This document shows positions 51,801 to 61,700 of a stretch of 64,000 nt of DNA, piece by piece; positions within the stretch are counted from its first letter, which is position 1; every line of letters starts with the position of its first letter. The notes under the pieces were generated by a model that was given only the letters and a program-made list of their open reading frames with translations, searched no databases and had not been told where the DNA came from. This DNA comes from Lama glama. Lineage: Eukaryota. The position numbers and the translations under genes are program-made. The stretch lies in assembly GCA_028534125.1 (NCBI GenBank), contig CM052829.1, positions 1,426,001 to 1,490,000 of the forward strand, in the 5' to 3' direction.

Positions 51801-52737
51801 TCATCTGCTTCGTGCAGGGCCGTGGGTGGCTGTTAACCCCCAACTCCTACCCCCCGCCCCTCCCCCGCTGGTAGCCACAGTCCGTGCTGTGTGTCTGTGA
51901 GTCTGGTTTTGGCTGGCAAATCAGAAGCAGATAAATAGTGTGACAAGGCAGCCTGTGAATACCACACTCACAAGAACATCACACTCCTGCCCCGCTGACC
52001 GTGGGCTCCCCTGCACCCGGCTGTCAGGGCTGGTCAACGGGGCACGCTCGGCACTCAGGCAGCAAAAAGAAAGTCTTGGAGGAAGAAGTTCCCAATCGCT
52101 TTCTGTTGGCTACAAAGGTTTGTTTCACACCAGGCTGACCAAGGGCTTCCTAAAGACCTTCCAAAGGCAAGTGTTAACTGTACTGCAGGAAGGTGGGCGA
52201 GACGCGGGCGAGGCCCTGAAGAGGAGGGGGGTGTGGGCAGGATGTGGGGAGGCCCTGGGATAAGCGTCAAGCCCCACGAGCAGAACTATGGGGGCAGGCG
52301 TGGACCCCCAGGGGCCCGCCTTGGGGACGCGGAGCATGGAGCCGGCGGTGGACTGCAGACTTCTGTGGGGGGTTTGCTTCACTGGGGAAAGAAGTGTGAT
52401 TTTTCAAGTAAACGGATTTCAGATAGTTGCGTGTTCTTTGTCAATACCATCAAAGCTTCCTCTAAGTCAGAAGTACCAGCCGAATCCTTAATAGTCCCCT
52501 CCGGGCAGCTGGGAGGGTCTGGAGCAAACCAAGAAAAATGCTCCCCGTCCAGGGAAAGGGCCGCCAAGAGCCTGGCCCTGCCAACCCCAGAAAGGAGCCT
52601 GACCCCCAGGCAGCAGACCCCGCATGGCACCCCTTTCTTGCTCCGACGTTTTAGCCACATTGTAGCCACGTTCCAGAGCGTCTGCTACCTACCCCACTTG
52701 TCATGACCAAGGCGGCTGCACCAGGGAGAGCGGCCCC

Positions 52738-52778
<41 letters not shown>

Positions 52779-55700
52779 ACACACACACACACACACACAC
52801 CCCCCCCAAAAGCAAATTACCTGTTCTGTGAACCTGGACCACGGAACTCGTCATCAAAGGGCAGCACAGGGCGGAGCCGGCAGTGCACGCGGATGCTGCC
52901 TCTCAGCTCCTACGACGGTGAGACGTTGTCCCCTGAGCACACGGGCCCGCAGACCCGACCCGCGAGGGCAAACCCGAGCAGCGCCTCCCCCGAGGTGTGA
53001 CCGCCGCGCTTCCTGCCACACCTCCACTTGTGGAAAACTCCCTACGCACTAGCGTCAGTATCCTGTTAAGCTTTTTAAAAATTCACCCTTAAATGTGTTC
53101 ACATGGCAAATAGTATCACTCGACCATAAGCACCAAGACAACAGCTTTTAACAGCACCCGAGGCTCCGTCTCCCGGGCGTTTCAGAAGGTCTCTGAAATC
53201 TGGTGCCAGGGCTCATCATCCAGTCCTTCCAGAGGGCCCGTATGAGCGGCGGCGAATGGGACGTGATGCTGTGGGGGTGGAGACAAAGATTAGGAACCGC
53301 CAGACCCGCTACATGGCACCGGGATGGCACCTCGCCCGGCCTGCACGGAGGGAGGGGCCTGACAGGGCGAGGGCTCACACTGCTTAGGAATACACATCAA
53401 AGTCACGTCCACGTAAGTAATGGTTACGTTGCTGCCCGGCGGTGCTCGGACGCCTGTAATGACGAGGAGGTCACCACCTCCCGACTGAGACTTGAGTCAG
53501 GGCTACACAGCTCCCCCGGGACCGTGCAGACCGCTTCCACCCTTTATCACTTCAGGGCCACACTGAAGAATTCTGTTCCTCTTCCGCAGGCCAGCTTGTC
53601 GGCCACTCCGCCCCGGCGTCCTCTGGAAACCAGCCTGTCCACGCATGCCCCCCGGCCCTCGCTGTCAGGGTGTGTCCTCCTTGGTCCTGAAATGGCCAAA
53701 ATCGACCCGGCCTGTTTTATCCTCCCTGAAGCGCTATGTCCGGAATGAGAGGCACATCCCTGGATGTGGGTGACAGCATGGCACAGAATGAGGCCACCTG
53801 CTTCTCTGACCTTCAGATCTTCTTCTGTCAGTGCAGCTGGACCAACCACTGGCTTCCTTGGCAGCCACTGACACACGTGACTGGGCCTGCTGGGGCTCCA
53901 CAGAAAACGCTACATCCCTGGTGCCCAGGGGACCCGCCCAACAGAGCATTGGCTCCTCTCAGCCCCTCGGACTACGGAAACGTCTCCGGGAAAGCACGGC
54001 AGACACCAGCGCGGATCAAACTGTCAGAGGTCCAAGCCCAAGCCAGAGCGCAGAGTTCTGTGGGAGGAGACCTGGCCTGCGGCGGGGAGACTGCACCGAG
54101 TCCCAGGACAGAAGAGGGGCTTGCGTCACAGAAGAGGGTGGGACGAGGCCAGAGAAACTGGGAGGAAGTGGGGGGAGGGGAGACGTCCGGTGACCTGGAG
54201 TGACCAGCAGACCTCACAGGGAGGGGTGGCCGTCTTCACGTTGTCTGTACCTGGGCCACCAGACACGGGTCAGGGAAGTCTGGAGGGTGGGGGCCACGAC
54301 CCCAGGCCAAGCTGGTCACCTGAGCTTCTGAGCACCAAGGCGGGCACCAGGGTCCACGAGAAGTATGGTGACAACGCAGACGATGGTGATGTCAGCTCCA
54401 ACACCCTAGGCTGTTTCCACCTAAACACTGACTTCTGCCCACTGGGGACCATGGCTGCCGGCAATGACTGTCACCTTCCGCACCTTCCCAGACACCTGTG
54501 CACCTGGCGCTCTGTGCACAAGGCAGGTTGAGCCTGCCACTCCAGCCTGCGCAAGTATTCTGGGACACTCTTTGCTATTCAAGGTGTTTGCTCTCAATTC
54601 CTTCCAAACGTGTACCCGTAAGTAAAACAAACATGCCTTCTTACTTCTGTCAAGTCACTCGTAGTTAAGACCCAAAGAGGCAGGAGCAGGGCCCAGAGGA
54701 CGTCCCCGGGAGCCTCACCCCGTTGTCACCCATGCATGGACCGCGGGCCTGGTGGACGGGGCTCCTTGCGGGAAGGGATGCGACACCTCGGGTACCCTGT
54801 CTCCACTGACGCGTGCTCCACTGCTGAGGGCTGCCCTCAGCTCTTATGCTGATGCTCTGTCCATAAATATCTCCCGGGAGGCTCTTTCTGAGGCTGAACG
54901 AGGACCAGACACACCGCATCTCCAATGTCTGTTTCATTTAATACCAGAAGAGGAGACAAGAGCATTTTTATTCTCAGAGCCCCTGCTGCTTCCAGTGAGC
55001 ACCCCCCTCAGAGGCCCCACTGAAGTCTCCCCCTTGGCTCCCGGCAAGGTTACCCCACGAGTCTGGGAGCGCGGCCCCTCCTACTGTTTGAAAACTGGGT
55101 AAATGGTCTACACTGACCTATTCACGGGCCTATACAGCTTCTCCAGCCTCGGGTCCCACAGGAGTGAGGGGGCGGGGGCGGCAGTCTCGTCTGCAGGTTT
55201 TCCAAGGGCCACGGAGCTCAGAGCACGAGGCGCACTGTCATTTGGGGCAGGGAGTCTCCCCCGGGCCATCAGTCCACTTTGGACCTGGCTCCGTCTTGGG
55301 AAGCCCTGCTGGTGAAAGCTGCAGCCCCTCAGCACTCTGGGCCCCTCCTGCCTCGCCTGGTCTGGACACAGATCGGGGGCAGTGCTGCCATGACGAGCAG
55401 GTAAGGCCACGCTGCGAGAGGCCAGTGCACAGCCGGCGCTCAGCCACGTCATCACTGTCAGAGGGCTGGGCCACAGGAGCACAGGAGCCACGAATGAGGA
55501 CCCGGGGACGGTCAGCATGGGGACGGGAGGGACTCTGAGAAAGCAGGCTTCTCGGGCTTCAGAAAAACGGAACGTGGAGGCACCGGCCAAGGTCCTCCCT
55601 TTTCACCGTGGGTAACAGTTCAACCCCATGGAAGCAAACTCGTCAACTGAATCTTCATCCCCAGCAGCCTCGGGCTGGCAAGTGGGAACCAGAGTCTCAA

Positions 55701-58700
55701 CTTTAAACGTCAACAGGGTCTCAGATCTCACTCCTTTAAGTCAGCAGGTGAGGGCGTAGCCCAGAGGAGGAGCGCGTGCTTGGTGTGCATCAGGTCCTGG
55801 GTTCGATCCCCGGGACCTCCGTTAAGTGGAAAAAATGGCTCAAAAAAAAGTCAGCAAGTGAAAAAAAGAGAAGCAGCTGATGAGAGCTGGCAAGGAGGGG
55901 CTGCAGCCCCCTACCACCGGCGTCTCAGGGGCACCTCAAGCTCCGAACAGCTCCTGGACCCCCGCTCCGGCCTCTCCCTCTCTGCCGGTCTCCCTTTCCC
56001 GTCTGCTGCTCACCCTCACACCCCCGGCCCAGCACGTCCGGTCAGGGGGTCCCACAGGCGCGGCTCTGGTCACCTCTGCCCCTGTGCACACCAGCCTGGC
56101 CCGGGCCACCGCCCCTCTCCAGCTCACACGAGGCCTCCCGCCCTGATGTGCGGTCCCCGGCCGTTCCCTGCTGCTTCCTCTGAACCATGGGGTAGACAGG
56201 GTCTCCGGGGACGAGGGGCACCTACCACCAGAGTGTTGTGCAGCCGCCTGCGCTCACGCCTCTCCTGCTGGTATCGCTCGGTCATCTCCTGCAGGGACCG
56301 CTCCAGACACCCTGCCTCCAATGGCCCCGCGGCTGAAAGAGCCAGTCCACCCACAGTTGGAGCAGCTTCCCCGACATGGGTCCCCAGGCCACGGCCACTC
56401 CTTCCTGCCCCCAGCACTGGGAACATGGGCCCTGGGCACTTGGGTCACTCAAAACAAAGTATCTGTCAGCCTCCTAGAAAGACATGTGTCTCAGGGTCGT
56501 GGCAGAAAGGACGTCCACTACGTTCCCGACTTCATAGCCCGCTTGGTGTGCAGACGAGGGGAGGACCAGGGGAGGAAGGGGGATCTAGGGGGCTGTCAGG
56601 TGGGGAGTCACCCCTGTGGGTTCCAAGGACCAGAGCTTAAGGTGATCAACGATCCCCCAAGTAGAGGAGGAGGCTGTGAAATGAAGGGAGAGCTCCAGAC
56701 TTCAGGAAAACCTGACACGGGCTCAGCTTGAGGACAGGGTCAAGGTCAAGAAGGTGTAGTGAGGTTAGCAGAGCAAAGGAGCACCTCCCTCGGGGCGGCA
56801 GCGCCGGAGAGTGGAGGCGCTGGGCCATCTGGGACCTGCTTCTGCCCTCGGGGTCAAAGGAGATGGACTCTGAAACCAGACCGGCTCTTTGTCGGTCAGG
56901 GCCACCGTCTTACGTGGCAGGGCCTCGTGGCAGAGTGGAGCCCTCTGGACGGCCGTCACTATTTCAGAAAGACAGTCCCGCTGAGCATCCTGGTACCTCC
57001 GGAAAAGGCCCAGAGACCAGGAGTGAAGCACCTCCACATCTCGTTTCAGTCTCTGCAAAACAGGAGCAGACACAAGTGATACGATGACTGTCACCACTGG
57101 TCATCACGGCGCGACCACACGAGCGCTACGGTAACGCAGGAGCTCGATCTGTCCTTAACCAGAGGCTCTGGCCGCTGTCGCGGGCGGAGTGCTTCCACGG
57201 TGCTCCTGCCCAGGCTCCCTTCCCGACGTTCTGATCCAATAGACCAGGGGCCAGCTCTTCCCAAAGCAGCATGTGTGACTGTATGTTTTACACATCGGAC
57301 GTATTTCAGAAAATCGAGCCCCCCGCCCGCTCCTCCAAGCGAGGACAGCTCGCTCGCTGCAGGTGGAGAAGCACTCCCCGTGGACGTTTCTCCGTGGGCT
57401 GTTTACTTCCCTGTGACTCTGGCACCATCCCACGGTCTCTGCGTCACCCGCCTGCCTTTCACGGGAACGAAAGCTCTGATGTGCTCTCCAGACCACCCCC
57501 TGGAAGCCGTGCTATCCGGAGCCAGGGTGCGAACAATGCAGGGCGGGGTATAAACGTGCAGAATGGAATTCCAGGTCCACAAACACAACAGCGTTCAGAG
57601 AACTTTGGGAACAATGCAACTGATAAGTCGTATCTTACACGTAAGGCCCCATTTTTACTTCCTGAAATTACTTGCAAGTTTTTTGGCTTGAAGACACGTC
57701 CACAGAACGAAAGAACGCAGGTGCTACTGTTTAACGCCGCTATCAAATGCTCAAGTCACAAAACTTAACTGGACTCAAACAGATGTTCTTTGTCTCTTTA
57801 GTTAAGTCTTTTTTGCTATAAAATGGAGATAATTTCATTTGTTCGGGGAACATTTTGATAAAACATCAAAACTACATTGAATTTTAAAGTATTTTTTATT
57901 ATATGACATGCAGATAAAGTTATATACTTTATTCAACGATGGACTGACTTCACTCAGTTGGAAGAGAATAAAGAATTAATTCCATATAAACCCATTCTAA
58001 ATACACTTACGCAGTTCATGGCTGGGGGGCACACAAACAAACCGCTCCTAAGGGCCAGCTAATCTTGTCTGCAGATGGAGGTATCATTGTTGTAATGATG
58101 ACCTTTTTCCTTCTACATTGTTTGCAACAGAAGGTGAACAAAGCTCTTAATCAGCGGTGTCCACCTTGGAGAAGGGGGTGGGTGTGTGGAATCCGGCTTC
58201 CCAACGTCTCTCTGACGAGCCCCACTTCGCCAGACACGTACAAACCAGGTTTCCACCACTTGACAGCAGTGACAGTGAGAGCAACTGTGACAGAACATTC
58301 GACAACCCTCTAAGTGCAGCACGGCCTTGGGAAACGGACGTGATGCATCGTGGCCAAAACGCCTCTGCCTGTTTCTGCACAGGCTCCCCATCATTTTTTG
58401 AGGTTTGACCTTCTATTTACTGTGGATGAAAAATACTGCGGCCACATCAGCAAACAAGGATGCTGTGCTATCACGTCATCAGCCGCTGCCACTGCTCCCG
58501 ACAGCGAGCGGAGGGAACTCAGCACGCAGACCAGCAGGCAGCCGGGCTCCGCAGCGCCCCCAGCGGTGCCCCCTCAGGGGGCTCAGGATGGGGAAGAACA
58601 GGGCGCTGGCCCTGGATGGCCAGGTGCACGTCAAAGGAGTGATTTCAGGGGCCCAGACCTTTGCGCCTTCCCAGGCCTAGAGAAGCACTAAATCCCTTAA

Positions 58701-61700
58701 CTTGAAATACCTGGTTTTCTATAATTAACAGTCATCTTTTGATGTTCCAACTACCTGGCCTTCGTTGCAAAAACAACGCCTACATCTCCTGGCTCCTCCC
58801 TTGCCGCTCTGGAACAGACTCTTAGAGCCATCCGAGAGGCTGTGTCCCGGCTCCCGTCCTCAGGAAGTCACCGAATAAAACAAAACTCTCAACTTCCAGG
58901 TTGTGCATTTATTTCAGTCAATATTGTCAGAAAGCACAACTCCCAGAGTGAAGACCATCTGCAACTGATTATGAAAACGGTGATAATTTTATTAATGCAC
59001 AAGACCAGGTCAGTCACCTGTGATGGAAAATCCACGCCAGCTACACTGAGCGGCTTTGCTTCCTTAAACTAAGGCTGCTTTTCACTGCATAAGAGAAGAT
59101 CTATTCTGACAGGCACCGCATACAAAGTCCACGGGGAAGTGGCCCCCGCCAGCGACTGAGCACAAGCAGTTGCCATGTCTGCGAGGATGGACCTCGGGGG
59201 CATTTACCTGAGCGACGAGGCGGAGTCGGCTCGCAGCCAGGGGCCCAGGTCTCTGCAGGGGCTTCTGGTCCCCGCACTGCACGTGCACCTGGGTGGTCTC
59301 GCCGCCACTTTTCTTGATCATTTCTTGGTACTGTTGTGCAAGAAAAAAAGAAGATGATTCAGAGTCTTAAATCCTCGGAAATGAAACAGGTGCTTTTTCT
59401 CTTGGAGGAGAACACTTACCGACTGTCCACTGGGCCCCAGTCTGCACATCAGGGGCTGCTGACCAGGCTGCAGGCAACTTCAGACCCACCCTGCGGGGGC
59501 TGTGTGGGCACCAGGGTCCCAGGCGGGGTCTGAGGGCACGAGAAGGGCCGGCGCACAGGGAACAGCAATGGACAGGCCCAGAGGGTGGGGGGACCAGCAG
59601 CTGGACAGAAGCCTAGAGGCTCCCACCGGCTTTGGTGAGAGGGGTGAGACACGGGGGTTTAAAGACAGGACTGAGGCCGAGGGAGACACTCAGTGCAGGT
59701 CCATGTGCAGAGATCCCCCTGGGTGCTTCAGGGGGAGGATAGGTGTGGAGGGACAGACCTCACAGCGAGGCGGGAAGCCCCATAAAAAGACAGGGAGGAC
59801 CCCCAGGCAGGGCCACTACTCTCCTGCCAGCACCATCCAGTTCCCTGGCCCAGAGGCTCTATCTCAATTTTTGCCTTTGAACCGGCTTACTTACCCCTAA
59901 AATTCTATTGGTTCCCTGAGCTCACTTCTGATTGGTTATTTCCTTTACTCCTGATTGGTCCATTTGTAGTACTTCATTTGCATGGAGCTCACGCCTGATT
60001 GGTCCAACTTCCTCACTCCTGATTGGTCCATTTCCCTCACTCCTGATTGGTCCATTTCCCTCACTCCTGATTGGTTATTTCTCTCCCTCCTGATTGGTCC
60101 ATTTCTACAAAGCTTGTTCCTAATTAGTCAACTTTCGTTACGTATCATTTGTATATCATGTTGCAAAGTGTAAACTGGCAGCCTCTAAAAGCCTGTGTAA
60201 AGCTACAGACGGGGTCCAGAGCTTGGAGCGTTAATTCCTCTGGGCCTGCTGGCGTAATAAACCTGAGTTCTCCAACTCTCCGAGTGCTGGTTGGTCTCTC
60301 ACCCAGATCCAGGTTGCTGTCACAACTGAGCTGTAACACCGGGCTGTAACACATATTTCCGCAACAGCAGGAAGCCAGGGGGTGGTCTGGACGTCAGACC
60401 GTCACAGCAGGGACAGATGGATGGGTCCACACACACTCAGATGACCCTGACAGGACAGGACCGTGGGGGCATGAGACAGGCCCCTTACAGCTCCTGGGAG
60501 GGACACTGGCCCGAGCTGCGGCCATGGAGGGGCCAGGAGGTGCCCCTGTCCTGTGGCAAAATTAACAAGCTGGGATTTCTGCTTTGTTTGGCTGTGTTTC
60601 CCACGGAGTTTATTTAGGTGTCTGTGTTGTCACACTGTTCTTAAAAGCCAGCAACCACCGCCAAGAGTTTCTCCCTCTGATCGGCATCCCACGCCTCCAC
60701 CCAGTGAAAACACAGGTCAAACAACGGCTGGGGGTCAGAGTGGGAACACGTCACGCAGACACAGAGGATCCGCTTCTAGCGGCTCGAGGGGCCGAGCTAA
60801 CCACGTCGGACCTCGAGTGGGAGCAGGAGATGTGGGCTACAGAGACGAAGATGCTCTGTCTCTTACTTATTGAAAAAGACTGCAGGGGACTTAGTACAAG
60901 TGCCCCACAATTCACAGGCTTTATTGGACGTGGCATGTCTGATGGCCTTAAACGTAAAAAGTTTTTTCACCTAAATGATGCTTAGCAAGACAGCTGGTGT
61001 TCCCCAAACTGACAGCACATCACAAACAGATCTAAGCGGCGCTGCTCTGTGCGCTGACCCTGCAGGCGGCCTGCGGCCCCCACAGCACTGGGCTGGACAG
61101 CCACTCCAGCGGTTCGGCAGCCACAGTCCCAAGGGACACCTGCGGTGACCCGAGCAGCACAGGGGGCCTGTGTCCAGGACGCCGGCCTCACCAGCTCTGT
61201 GAAGTGCAGTGGAGACAAAGAGGGGTCAGCTTATGGAAGCTCAGGCTTAGACGGGCCGGTGTTTGAGACAGGCCACCTTACACAGGTGCCGGGATGTGCC
61301 AGTAAATCACCAGCTTAAAAATGAGCCAAGAAACCCATATTCCCTTAATTTAAGAGGCGGTACAGATAGCCCTACAGTAATCAGCAAATTTAGTGCAACT
61401 GTTTTCAATGAACCTGAAGGGGAGTCAAGAGTCTGCAGACGGCTCCCACTGAGGGGCTCAGACCCCACAGAGGTGGAATTTAAGGATGACACTCCAGCAT
61501 CGGTTATTTAATGGGGGCATGTGTGTCCCTAATCCGCTGTGATCAAGTACCACACACAGGGGGTAAAACAGCAGAAATGTTCTTTCTCCCTCCTGGAGGC
61601 CAGGCTTCCAGAATCATCGAGGTGTGGGTGGAGTTGCATGCCCCTGAGGCTGAGGGGCTCCTTCCCACCTCTTGCGGCCTGTGTCGGCGTCTCCCGATGT

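Noticed and set aside
52379-52669. 96-aa minus-strand ORF downstream of the neck exon
   Set aside because: No recognisable homology and not needed for the KIF25 frame.
53730-54680. Possible old ERVL/MaLR LTR (similar hints at 45300-46010 and 60-480)
   Set aside because: Could not define termini or family with confidence by eye.
42009-58691. Two similar ORFs (...ELSMQTSRQPGS...GAQDGEEQGAGPG...) suggesting a duplicated gene
   Set aside because: They are translations of two copies of the same solo LTR.
42039-58923. LTR copies A and B as the two ends of one provirus
   Set aside because: Host KIF25 exons lie between them, no gag/pol/env or primer-binding site is seen, and copy A has its own TSD.
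59900-60105. CRISPR-like array or repeat peptide (LTPDWSIS)n
   Set aside because: Head-to-tail units with no unique spacers, in a mammalian LTR context.
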